Source: Candidatus Latescibacterota bacterium | GTDB taxonomy: Bacteria; Latescibacterota; UBA2968 | Reading direction: 5' to 3' | Assembly (NCBI GenBank): GCA_965116885.1 | Contig: OZ220741.1 | Location: forward strand, 774,881-838,880 | Length of the DNA stretch: 64,000 bases | Shown here: positions 47,911 to 57,067 of the stretch, piece by piece | Layout: each line of letters starts with the position of its first letter | How positions within the stretch are numbered: position 1 is the first letter of the stretch | Made by a program: the position numbers and the translations under genes | Notes under the pieces: model-generated | Told to the model about the DNA's origin: nothing | The model's database searches: none | The model's input: the letters and a program-made list of their open reading frames with translations, nothing else

Positions 47911-49077
47911 ATGGGATTTCTCATTGATCTGGTCTGTACAAAAACGGACAAAGCGTATTCAAAAGACCTCCTCTGGAATTTGAGTCCAGAGGCAGAGGCG
48001 CCGTTATTTGCCCGATATGACCTCGATGCGGTTGCAAAAGCTATGCGCCGGGAAAAACTCGCAGAACGAGTACCGACAATGTGGCGTTATGCCGAAGTTT
48101 TACCCGTCGAAAACGAGCAATTTCAGGTAAGTCTCGGCGAAGGATTTACCCCCTTGTTGCAAGCAACATCGTTGGGGCGAAAAATTGGCGTGCCAAAGCT
48201 GTACATCAAAGACGAAGGCTTAAATCCAACGGGATCATTTAAAGCGCGAGGCATGTCAGCGGCAATTTCGAGAGCTGCGGAATTGGGTGCTCGGGCCATT
48301 GCCATCCCCTCGGCTGGCAATGCAGGTGGCGCAACAGCCGCTTATGCTGCGCGAGCGGGCTTGCCAGCGCATATTTTTATGCCTAAAGATGTGCCACAGG
48401 CCAATTATATCGAATGTAAGGTCTTGGGCGCAAATGTCGAATTGATAGACGGTCTGATTTCCGATTGCGGAAAAATTGTGGCATCGCGCAAAGAAGCCGA
48501 GGGATGGTTCGATATCTCGACACTCAAAGAGCCATACCGCGTGGAAGGCAAAAAAACGATGGGCTATGAATTGGCCGAACAATTTGATTGGGAATTGCCA
48601 GAAGTCGTCATCTATCCAACCGGAGGTGGCACGGGACTGATAGGCATGTGGAAGGCATTTGACGAAATGGAACAAATGGGATGGATTGGCTCAGAACGCC
48701 CCCGCATGATATCCGTACAAGCCGAGGGATGCGCACCCATTGTTCGAGCTTATAGCGCAGGAGAAGAACACGCCGAACCGTGGGCCGATGCAGAAACAAT
48801 CGCCGCAGGTCTGCGCGTTCCCGCTGCCGTAGGCGATTTTTTAATGCTAAAAGCCATCCGCGACAGCGGTGGATGCGCGCTCTCCGTCACAGATGAAGAA
48901 CTGATGGCATCCGCATCAAAAATGGCTGCTGCCGTGGGTTCATTTCCCGCACCCGAAGGCGCAGCTACCCTCTCTGCCCTCGAAAAACTCATAGCACAAA
49001 ACCTGGTTAGCGAGCGCGAGCGCGTCGTATTATTCAACACGGGAACAGGCTTAAAATACATCGAACTATTTGAGTGA
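47911..49077 (+). CDS. Threonine synthase-like PLP-dependent enzyme (fold type II)
   Basis: 388 aa; LNPTGSFKARG PLP-lysine motif; short ThrC-like N-terminus. Confidence 0.6.
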   Translation: MGFLIDLVCTKTDKAYSKDLLWNLSPEAEAPLFARYDLDAVAKAMRREKLAERVPTMWRYAEVLPVENEQFQVSLGEGFTPLLQATSLGRKIGVPKLYIKDEGLNPTGSFKARGMSAAISRAAELGARAIAIPSAGNAGGATAAYAARAGLPAHIFMPKDVPQANYIECKVLGANVELIDGLISDCGKIVASRKEAEGWFDISTLKEPYRVEGKKTMGYELAEQFDWELPEVVIYPTGGGTGLIGMWKAFDEMEQMGWIGSERPRMISVQAEGCAPIVRAYSAGEEHAEPWADAETIAAGLRVPAAVGDFLMLKAIRDSGGCALSVTDEELMASASKMAAAVGSFPAPEGAATLSALEKLIAQNLVSERERVVLFNTGTGLKYIELFE

Positions 49078-50379
49078 AATCGCATCTGCAGCCGCGTACC
49101 CGCTTCTGACAGCACCTTCGATAGTAGGTGGCAATCCAGTGTCAGTCCAATCGCCCGCGAGAAACAAACGGGGATGTGGCGTCTGAGTCTCGGGCACTGC
49201 ATAAGAAAGTGGCAACGCGCAAGTCGCCGCGTGTTCGCATATCACTTTGGCGTGTAATACCTCGGCACGCCTACTTTCGGGAAAGACCTGATGGAGTTCT
49301 CTACAAGCCATGTCAATGAGTTCTTCATGTGACATGTGTAAAAGATGATGCGCCGCACTTGCGACCATAGTGAGAAAACCCTCAGAAGCGCGGTCATGGT
49401 CGCCATAGAGCACAGGCTTATTAAAAACCCATTCCATTGTCGTGCCGAGCAAACCGCACATAGGTTCACGCATAATGGACCGATCAAACCATAAGTTGAC
49501 GGAAAAAATCGGCGATGGCTCGTATTGACAAAGCGTGTGATGGAGTTCGGCAAAGGTTTTCGCACAAATCATTCTCGCGAGTTGTAGTGGGGGAACCGCC
49601 GCAATACACATATCTGTATCTATCACATCTCCCGAGCGGGTATGAATGCGAACGCCAGAGGAAGCTGGCACAATAGATGTCACAGCTTTTCCGCACAGGA
49701 CCTCGCCATCCCGTTTTGAGATATATTCCCGTGCGCGATTGGCAAACAAACCGCTCAGACCCGTCCGCGCATATCCCAAACGCGCGCCATCTGATTCGCC
49801 CCAAAAAGCTTCTCGCAGCACGGCTTGAAGATATCGCGCACTGGCATTTTTCGGTCGCTGGTTGAGGGCCGCAATGCAAAGCGGATCCCAGAAAGCCCTC
49901 CGCATACGCGGCTTCTGACCGCACTGCTTGAGCCAGGCATCCACCGTGAGACGGGTATCGAGATCCTGGTGCAACTCCGCCACAATTTTTCTCAACGATG
50001 GGATATCTGTCCAGTGAACCGCGCCAAATCGCAAAAAGCCCGATAGCAAATTTAGCGGCACGGGCAAAAAGGATGGAAACCTCAATGTGTACGCGCCATC
50101 AACAGCGTGACGAAAGTCTATCCTGAACTGAGGTTGAAACACCACATCATCGCGCGCACCAATCCGCTCGAGAAAATCGAGCGTCTCCCGATAGCACTTC
50201 ATCAACAGATGCTGCCCATTATCAACAGTATCGCCCGTAACGGGATCTGTATAAGAAAAGGTGCGCCCCCCCAGTTGCTGCCGCCGCTCCAAAAGCGTGA
50301 CGGAATATCCCGCATCGCAAAGGCGGACACCCGCTGCAAGACCAGCAAATCCCCCCCCGATTATGATAACGCGTTTCAC
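49066..50379 (-). CDS. hpnE: Hydroxysqualene dehydroxylase HpnE (squalene-associated FAD-dependent desaturase)
   Basis: Rossmann VIIIGGGFAGLAAGVRL...E; downstream of two squalene/phytoene synthase paralogs; start GTG 50379 or upstream ATG 50472 (ambiguous). Confidence 0.65.
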   Translation of the reverse strand: MKRVIIIGGGFAGLAAGVRLCDAGYSVTLLERRQQLGGRTFSYTDPVTGDTVDNGQHLLMKCYRETLDFLERIGARDDVVFQPQFRIDFRHAVDGAYTLRFPSFLPVPLNLLSGFLRFGAVHWTDIPSLRKIVAELHQDLDTRLTVDAWLKQCGQKPRMRRAFWDPLCIAALNQRPKNASARYLQAVLREAFWGESDGARLGYARTGLSGLFANRAREYISKRDGEVLCGKAVTSIVPASSGVRIHTRSGDVIDTDMCIAAVPPLQLARMICAKTFAELHHTLCQYEPSPIFSVNLWFDRSIMREPMCGLLGTTMEWVFNKPVLYGDHDRASEGFLTMVASAAHHLLHMSHEELIDMACRELHQVFPESRRAEVLHAKVICEHAATCALPLSYAVPETQTPHPRLFLAGDWTDTGLPPTIEGAVRSGYAAADAISLK

Positions 50380-50380
50380 A

Positions 50381-51229
50381 TTACCCCCAGGCGAAACGAC
50401 TGCCCAGCCAATAGCGCAGTGCAATGCCCAGTTTGTGCAAATTGTTGAGGCGAACAGACGTGCCAAAAACATCGTAGTTGGCGCGCTGGATCTTCACGAG
50501 CAACTGGGCATAAATTTTGCCCATAATCTGTGCCGAAAACATGGCTGTTTGGTCCTCGGCGGGAAGCAATTCTTCTGCTTTTTGATAATAGTCCCATGCG
50601 CGTTGCGCTTGAAACCGCATCAAATCGACAAACGCGGCATTATAATCTCCCCGAGCAAGAGCCTCTTCCGGATATCCAAACCGCACCATCTCTTCCCCCG
50701 GAAGATAAATACGGTCCTGTTGCCAATCCGTATGCACATCTCGCAAAATATTAGTCAGTTGAAGCGCGAGACCCAGATTGACGGCATATTCGCGGGTCTG
50801 CGAATTGCGGTACCCAAAAATTTCAATACAAATTAACCCCACAACCGATGCGACCCGATAGCAGTATTCGCGCAACTCGTCAAACGTCGCATACCGATTC
50901 TTAGTCAAATCCATCTCCACGCCCTCAATAAGCGCCAGAAAATGCGCTTTGGGAATGGGAAAATCTCGCAAAACGCCCTGCAGATTCTGCGCAATTGGAT
51001 GCGTAGCACTGCCCTCATAACAGGCGTGGAGTTGCTCACGCCATGCCTCAAGGCGGCACCCCGCCTCTTCTGGCGAAGCCGCATCATCCACAATATCATC
51101 GGTATGTCGGCTAAACGCATAAGCCGAAAAAATGGCCTCGCGTTTTTTGCGCGGCAAAAAAACAAAGGCATAAAAAAAATTCGTTTGGGCACCTCGCACA
51201 ATTTTGGCAACGTGTCTTTTGAGGTTCAT
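50381..51229 (-). CDS. hpnD: Presqualene diphosphate synthase HpnD (squalene/phytoene synthase family)
   Basis: FFYAFVFLPRKKREAIFSAYAFSRHTDDIVDD Asp-rich motif; ATGA overlap with upstream hpnC. Confidence 0.65.
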   Translation of the reverse strand: MNLKRHVAKIVRGAQTNFFYAFVFLPRKKREAIFSAYAFSRHTDDIVDDAASPEEAGCRLEAWREQLHACYEGSATHPIAQNLQGVLRDFPIPKAHFLALIEGVEMDLTKNRYATFDELREYCYRVASVVGLICIEIFGYRNSQTREYAVNLGLALQLTNILRDVHTDWQQDRIYLPGEEMVRFGYPEEALARGDYNAAFVDLMRFQAQRAWDYYQKAEELLPAEDQTAMFSAQIMGKIYAQLLVKIQRANYDVFGTSVRLNNLHKLGIALRYWLGSRFAWG

Positions 51230-52110
51230 GATCCAAAGCCTCGAAAAAAAAGCATCTTGAACAAAAGCATGGGTAAATCGCGTTTTGTAACCGTAGGCCG
51301 TCGATGAAAAATATCGCAATCGCTATCGCGAATCTTTTTTAGAATATGCATCCCGCCCAAACAGGTCAACCGCAGTTCAAAGCGCAACCGTCCCTTCACC
51401 ATATCCAGCAGGGGATAACCCTGCACAAAGAGATCCCGCGTACTGTTGATAAGATGATCCATAAGCTCGCAAAATTGCGGCGTAACGCGCTGATCGCGCA
51501 GATCTGAAATCCCCACGCCAAACCGTTTGAGATCCTCCTGCGGGAGATAAATGCGCCCACGCGAAAAATCAATCGCAATATCCTGCCAGAAATTGGCGAG
51601 TTGCAACGCACTACATATCGCGTCGGAATGCCGCGCATAGTGCTCGCCGCGATACCCAAACAGATGGAGAATAAGCCGCCCAACGGGATTCGCAGAAAAG
51701 GTACAATACGCCAGCAAATCCTCATAAGCCCGATGGCGATTGGTCGTCACATCCATGCGAAAAGCCGTGAGCAAATCCCTGAGCAATTGCACGGGTAAAT
51801 CGCGCGTGCGAATCGTCTCTGCAAGCGCCGTAAATATCGGACCAACCGGGTCTGAAAGACACGCATCGAGCCGCGCTTCCCACTCCGCCAGATGACCGAG
51901 CCGCTCCTGTGCCGTCAAACCCGGCTCATCGGCAAAATCATCCGCCGTACGCGCAAACGCATAGATACTATACACATGGGGCCGAACGCGTTTTGGAATA
52001 AGCACCGAGCCAACCGGAAAATTCTCATAATGCGCGCGGGTGAGTGCCTCGCAATGGGCATAAGCCTCTGCAATCGCAATCCCGCGGGTATTGTGTGCAG
52101 TCTGTGACAT
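51226..52110 (-). CDS. hpnC: Hydroxysqualene synthase HpnC (squalene/phytoene synthase family)
   Basis: HYENFPVGSVLIPKRVRPHVYSIYAFARTADDFADE; start MSQTAHN (52110) preferred because longer ORF would read through the REP element at 52219. Confidence 0.65.
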   Translation of the reverse strand: MSQTAHNTRGIAIAEAYAHCEALTRAHYENFPVGSVLIPKRVRPHVYSIYAFARTADDFADEPGLTAQERLGHLAEWEARLDACLSDPVGPIFTALAETIRTRDLPVQLLRDLLTAFRMDVTTNRHRAYEDLLAYCTFSANPVGRLILHLFGYRGEHYARHSDAICSALQLANFWQDIAIDFSRGRIYLPQEDLKRFGVGISDLRDQRVTPQFCELMDHLINSTRDLFVQGYPLLDMVKGRLRFELRLTCLGGMHILKKIRDSDCDIFHRRPTVTKRDLPMLLFKMLFFRGFGS

Positions 52111-52218
52111 AAGATGAAGATACGACAGGGGGGTGGGAAAATCAATATATTGACTTTCGGGTGTGTATCCTTGCATTTTACAGCGTGCGTGTGTATCTTT
52201 GCCCGCGCACAATAAAAC

Positions 52219-52244
52219 GGGACGGCACAGGGGCCGTCCCCTAC
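52219..52244. repeat. REP-like palindrome GGGACGGCACAGGGGCCGTCCCCTAC preceded by AATAAAAC
   Basis: Identical to copies at 61455 and 61536; reverse complement of copy at 964. Confidence 0.8.
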
Positions 52245-52285
52245 AACACCATGCCGCAATGACAACTAAAACAAAGGAAAAAATA

Positions 52286-53482
52286 ATGTTTGAATCCCTG
52301 ACAATGGCCCCTGCGGATCCCATTATAGGATTGACCGAAGCATTCAAAAACGATCCAAACCCCAACAAAATAAACCTCGGCGTTGGCGTGTACAAAGACG
52401 GCGACGGCAACACACCAATATTTGTCTCTGTAAAAACAGCAGAAGAACGCCTACTCGCACATGAAGACACCAAAAATTATCTCGGCATAGAAGGCGACGA
52501 AGCGTATAACAAAGCCGTCCAGGAACTCCTCTGGGGAACAGAACACGAAATCCTCACCAGTGGACGCGCGGGAACAGCCCAGGCACCGGGCGGCACGGGC
52601 GCGTTGCGCATTGCCGGTGACTTTATTCATCAGCACTATCCCCATGCCCGCGTATGGCTGAGCGATCCCACCTGGGCAAACCACCCCAAAATTTTTGAAT
52701 CTGCCAGCGTACCCACAGCGACCTACCGCTATTACAACCCCGCGTCTTTCGGCCTGGACTTTGATGCACTCATCCAGGACCTCGAACAAATCCCCGCTGG
52801 CGATGTCGTATTACTACACGGATGTTGCCACAACCCCACCGGCGTCGATCCCTCCGCCGAGCAATGGGCACAAATAGCCGATATCATCGCAGATCGCGGC
52901 ATCATCCCACTCGTTGACTTTGCCTATCAGGGCCTGGGCAATGGCCTTGCTGAAGACGCAGTCGGACTCCTATCTCTCAGCCGACCCGGCAGCGAACTCC
53001 TCGTCGCCAGTTCCTTCTCCAAAAACTTTGGCCTCTACCGCGAACGCACAGGCGCATTGACCCTCGTGGGAAAAAACGCCGCCACCGTTGAAAAAGCGAT
53101 GAGCCACATCAAAATCTGCATCCGCACAAATTATTCCAACCCGCCATCGCACGGCGCACAGGCAGTCGCAACAGTCCTCAACGACACCGACCTGCGAGCA
53201 CAATGGGACGGCGAAGTAAAAGCCATGCGCGACCGCATCAACACCATGCGCACCCTATTTGTGGATACCCTCGAAACAAAAGGCGTGCGGCGCGACTTTT
53301 CGTTTATCGCACACCAGAGGGGAATGTTCTCATTCTCCGGGTTGACCCCCGAGCAAGTAGATGCATTGCGCGAGCGATATTCGATATACATCGTCAGTTC
53401 GGGACGCATCAACGTGGCGGGCATGACAAAGGACAATATTGGGCCATTGTGTGAGGCGATCGCGGAAGTGATAGACGAATAG
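52286..53482 (+). CDS. aspC: Aspartate/aromatic-amino-acid aminotransferase (class I, AspC/TyrB family)
   Basis: 399 aa from MFESLTMAPADPIIGLTEAFKNDPNPNKINLGVGVY; SFSKNFGLYRER PLP-lysine motif. Confidence 0.85.
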   Translation: MFESLTMAPADPIIGLTEAFKNDPNPNKINLGVGVYKDGDGNTPIFVSVKTAEERLLAHEDTKNYLGIEGDEAYNKAVQELLWGTEHEILTSGRAGTAQAPGGTGALRIAGDFIHQHYPHARVWLSDPTWANHPKIFESASVPTATYRYYNPASFGLDFDALIQDLEQIPAGDVVLLHGCCHNPTGVDPSAEQWAQIADIIADRGIIPLVDFAYQGLGNGLAEDAVGLLSLSRPGSELLVASSFSKNFGLYRERTGALTLVGKNAATVEKAMSHIKICIRTNYSNPPSHGAQAVATVLNDTDLRAQWDGEVKAMRDRINTMRTLFVDTLETKGVRRDFSFIAHQRGMFSFSGLTPEQVDALRERYSIYIVSSGRINVAGMTKDNIGPLCEAIAEVIDE

Positions 53483-53765
53483 ACGAATAGACGAATAGAC
53501 GGAGCGGTGTACAACTGGCCGCCTCTCAGGCCAGTTCATAGACGAATAGACGAATAGACGAATAGACGAATAGACGAATAGACGAATAGACGAATAGACG
53601 AATAGACGAATAGACGAATAGACGAACCCCGCCCAACCACCCAACGGGCGGGCACAGGGGCACCGCCCCTACATTGATGAACTGTACCGAACCAGTTGTA
53701 CCCCGTTCCGTAGATTCGCTGATGAACTGCTGGCGCAGTTGTACCCCGTTCCGCTGATTCGCCTT
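53474..53765. repeat. Composite repeat: (GACGAATA)x3, hairpin GTACAACTGGCC-N9-GGCCAGTTCATAG, (GACGAATA)x10, GAACCCCGCCCAACCACCCAAC, a REP-like palindrome (53646-53672), then two inverted degenerate copies of the hairpin unit
   Basis: Octamer units start at 53541 every 8 nt to 53620; first units overlap aspC stop codon. Confidence 0.85.
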
Positions 53766-53779
53766 TCCAGGGAGACATC

Positions 53780-54553
53780 ATGACACTCAAAGACCGCATA
53801 GCAATCGTCACAGGCGCAAGCTCTGGCATTGGACGGGGCATAGCACTGGCACTTGCCCGAGAAGGCGCAGGTGTAGCAGTGGCCGATATTCAGGAAGCAC
53901 CTAAAAAGGGCATCTATCACGACACTGACCTGACCACTTCTACAGTTGAAGAAATAGAAAAACTGGGAGGAAAAGGGATCTTTGTGCAGACCGACGTATC
54001 CGATGACGAGGCGGTGAAAATCCTGATCGAACGGACCGTCTCCGAATTTGGCAAACTGGACATCCTAATAAACAACGCCGGCATCACAATACCCGGCGGC
54101 ATTGAAGAAACGACCATCGCCGACTACGACACCGTAATGGGCGTAAACCTTCGGGCACTATATGTCGCCAGCAAACTCGCCATGCCACACCTCAAAAAAC
54201 CCTCGGGCAGAATCATCCACATCGCATCTGTACAGTCATTCGGCGGTGGTGGCGGACCCGCGTATGCCGCATCAAAAGCCGGCGTAGTCAACCTCACGCG
54301 AGACACCGCCCTGGAATTGGCCCCCTTTGGCGCAACCGTCAACGCCATCTGCCCGGGCTACATCGAAACGCCCATACAGGATTATCTCACACCGCAGGAA
54401 ATTGAAGACTGCCGGGTAAAAACCCCACTGCCCCGCCTGGGTTTGCCATCGGACATCGGCAACGCCGCGGTATTCTTCGCATCGGACGCCGCCGCATGGA
54501 TCACCGGCACCGCCCTGCCCGTGGATGGCGGATGGATGGCGTCTATTTTTTGA
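53780..54553 (+). CDS. SDR family NAD(P)-dependent oxidoreductase
   Basis: TGASSGIG cofactor motif; S..YAASK catalytic tetrad. Confidence 0.85.
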   Translation: MTLKDRIAIVTGASSGIGRGIALALAREGAGVAVADIQEAPKKGIYHDTDLTTSTVEEIEKLGGKGIFVQTDVSDDEAVKILIERTVSEFGKLDILINNAGITIPGGIEETTIADYDTVMGVNLRALYVASKLAMPHLKKPSGRIIHIASVQSFGGGGGPAYAASKAGVVNLTRDTALELAPFGATVNAICPGYIETPIQDYLTPQEIEDCRVKTPLPRLGLPSDIGNAAVFFASDAAAWITGTALPVDGGWMASIF

Positions 54554-54559
54554 TTCTCA

Positions 54560-57034
54560 TCAATGCGGTATTCCCAACTGATGCATCCGCCGATGAATCG
54601 CTGCACGGGCTTCGACAAAGGGACGTTCCAAATACGCGAGATGGTCCAACTCGCCATGATGGTGCGTCGCCGTGCCAGAGGCGTGTCGGGCAGCGGTTTG
54701 ACGGATGTACGCCAGGTCGCCATCGATAAGCGTCAGCATATACTGGGCGGCTTCCAGATCGAACATCCACCACTCGCCACCGCAGGCGATATAAATCGGC
54801 GACGTATGGGCGAAAATCCCCCGTCCCCAGCCATCGTGATGGGGAACACTGGTATAATTGGGACCGGCACATCGGGCGGCAATCCACGTATGACCATCCA
54901 CCTTCACCTTTCCCTTTAGTTCCAGTCGTCGCGCACCTTTATTATCCTCCGTCGAAGCAACAACGCGCCCTGCCTGAACGATCTCGAGCGTATGAATCGG
55001 GAAAATACTCTCTGCCCACGCCTCGACCTCCACCGTACCGGCTCCCGACAACTGCATCGTATCGCCAACCTGGTGTCCATCTGCGGTAAGATGAATGATG
55101 GGACCACCGCTGTGAAATGTTCGCCCCTGTGACACACTCTTGCACCAATTATCGTAGGTGAATTCCTCGTCGGGCAAATAGGCGTACGTGCGGTAAATAC
55201 CAACGGGCACATCGCTACTCATCTTATCCGTTCCACCAACCAGCGGCAAGCGGTAACCGCAGTTGAGATAGCGGTAGTATTCCAGATGATTGAACGGCGC
55301 ATGACGCAGCATCTCCACGCCATCCACGCGCCCCGTGGCAATCAGCGCCGCAGGCTCCCCATTTGGATTCGGGAGATGCGGGATAATAACCGAGCCACCC
55401 TGCGCGTGACACTGATCCGCCCAATCGCTCATCGTAATCTCCAGCGTACCACCCAGTTCGGACTCACCCGGACCGTCACTGCACCACGGCATCACCGGCT
55501 CCTTGAGACCCCACAGGATGAGATGCCCCAAAAAGTGCTGCCTATTCTCCTGACCCACATAGACGATATTATTCCCATCTTGCGAAATACTCGGCCTGCC
55601 CGTAAAATCCTCCGTATTGGTAAAAAGATTGCCCCACTGCGACGGAAGCAAATTAACGATATTGAGATCCTCCCCCTGGGACTCCGTATGACTTCCCTGT
55701 GTCGAAAGAAAGTGAACGTGCGAATCCCCGCTATACCATCCCCCCTCGTTCATATGAATCCATCGCTTGAGACGCAAAGTCAGTTCGCGTTGACCCGGTT
55801 CGATCTTCACCCGCGTCCGCACCGGCTCATACTCAAATCCCCGGGCGACATCCACAATAACTTCACCGCGCGGCAACCACCCCTGGCAACGACCGTCGAT
55901 GTACGCATAAGTGATTTGTCCGAGCCGAAGATCGCCACCAATATCAACATGCCAGCTATCGAGGTTAGAATTGACCTGATTGTGATGCCCGTAAGGCTGA
56001 TAGGGAATCCCCTCTGGCGAGCGGAAATGGACGCGGCAAGGGATAGGCTTGCCCGTATCGTCATCGAGCACAGTGACGTGAACCCAGTTCCGTCCCCGAT
56101 CCAGGAGTTCCACACGCATGCGCGGGGTCTCGACCACCTTCTTCTCCTCCACATCACCCCACTTGACCTCGCCCACCTTTTCCTCGCCCTGCTTCACCGT
56201 CATCGTAGCCGAAGGCGTGGCAGCGACCTCGACATAAGCCGGACTCGATTTGGGATTCTGCGCCTCTCCCCAACCGGCGAAATCATCATTGACAAAATCA
56301 TCGGCAGACGCTTCGGGCAAGGGATGCACATAAGTTGCCGTCCCCCGATCCACCTCTACGTTGAGATCAAACGGTTTTTCCGCATCTTCGGGATGGGTCA
56401 GAATCAGACGCGCTTCCCGCTTCCCGTGTCGCACAAAAGGATACTCATCCAGATGCGAAAGCGTAACACCCGCGATAATAAAACGCGGACCGCCCGGGAT
56501 AATCTCCAGCGACTCGACTACGCGATCCGGCAAAGGATTCTCCCACGCCCACAGAAAATAACCGCGGGCCGACCCGCGCGACACCTCGGTCTGACGTCGC
56601 CCCATACTCTCCCATTTCCCTTCATAACGCGGCATCAACTGGTCGTTCTGGTCCGAAAATGCGACAAAAGGCGCGCCGCCGCTGGATAAATGTGCAATCT
56701 CAAATCGCTCGCGGATGGGAATGCGGAATTCTTCACCCTCCGCCATCCGAAACAAATAATCCGCCACAGTCTCCCCCAACGGACCGCCCTCCATCAGATC
56801 GGAATCCAACAGGCGATGAGCAATAATCACGCGGCGTGCCGACGCATTGATCGGAATCGTCACGCGACCAGAAGCCTCATCCAGCGCGATAAAACAATTC
56901 GAACCGTCGTCGTTTACCAAAAATGGCAGACCGCGGAAGGATTGTTTGCCTATAGGAGCCTTCGCATTTGCGCCCAGAACTTCCAGTCCCGCACTGCACA
57001 ACGCCGACAAATCGAGAGGTTGATAGTCTGCCAT
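54560..57034 (-). CDS. Large PHP-like/CehA-McbA-type metallohydrolase domain protein
   Basis: 824 aa; GDSHVHFLSTQGSHT His-rich metal-binding motif; no signal peptide obvious. Confidence 0.45.
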   Translation of the reverse strand: MADYQPLDLSALCSAGLEVLGANAKAPIGKQSFRGLPFLVNDDGSNCFIALDEASGRVTIPINASARRVIIAHRLLDSDLMEGGPLGETVADYLFRMAEGEEFRIPIRERFEIAHLSSGGAPFVAFSDQNDQLMPRYEGKWESMGRRQTEVSRGSARGYFLWAWENPLPDRVVESLEIIPGGPRFIIAGVTLSHLDEYPFVRHGKREARLILTHPEDAEKPFDLNVEVDRGTATYVHPLPEASADDFVNDDFAGWGEAQNPKSSPAYVEVAATPSATMTVKQGEEKVGEVKWGDVEEKKVVETPRMRVELLDRGRNWVHVTVLDDDTGKPIPCRVHFRSPEGIPYQPYGHHNQVNSNLDSWHVDIGGDLRLGQITYAYIDGRCQGWLPRGEVIVDVARGFEYEPVRTRVKIEPGQRELTLRLKRWIHMNEGGWYSGDSHVHFLSTQGSHTESQGEDLNIVNLLPSQWGNLFTNTEDFTGRPSISQDGNNIVYVGQENRQHFLGHLILWGLKEPVMPWCSDGPGESELGGTLEITMSDWADQCHAQGGSVIIPHLPNPNGEPAALIATGRVDGVEMLRHAPFNHLEYYRYLNCGYRLPLVGGTDKMSSDVPVGIYRTYAYLPDEEFTYDNWCKSVSQGRTFHSGGPIIHLTADGHQVGDTMQLSGAGTVEVEAWAESIFPIHTLEIVQAGRVVASTEDNKGARRLELKGKVKVDGHTWIAARCAGPNYTSVPHHDGWGRGIFAHTSPIYIACGGEWWMFDLEAAQYMLTLIDGDLAYIRQTAARHASGTATHHHGELDHLAYLERPFVEARAAIHRRMHQLGIPH

Positions 57035-57067
57035 AACAGGTATCCTTTCTTTATAGGTGTCTATATC

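Noticed and set aside
53330-53841. Minus-strand ORFs encoding SSIRLFVY repeats
   Set aside because: They are artefacts of translating the (GACGAATA)n octamer array and REP palindromes. They have no start context and lie in an obviously non-coding repeat region.
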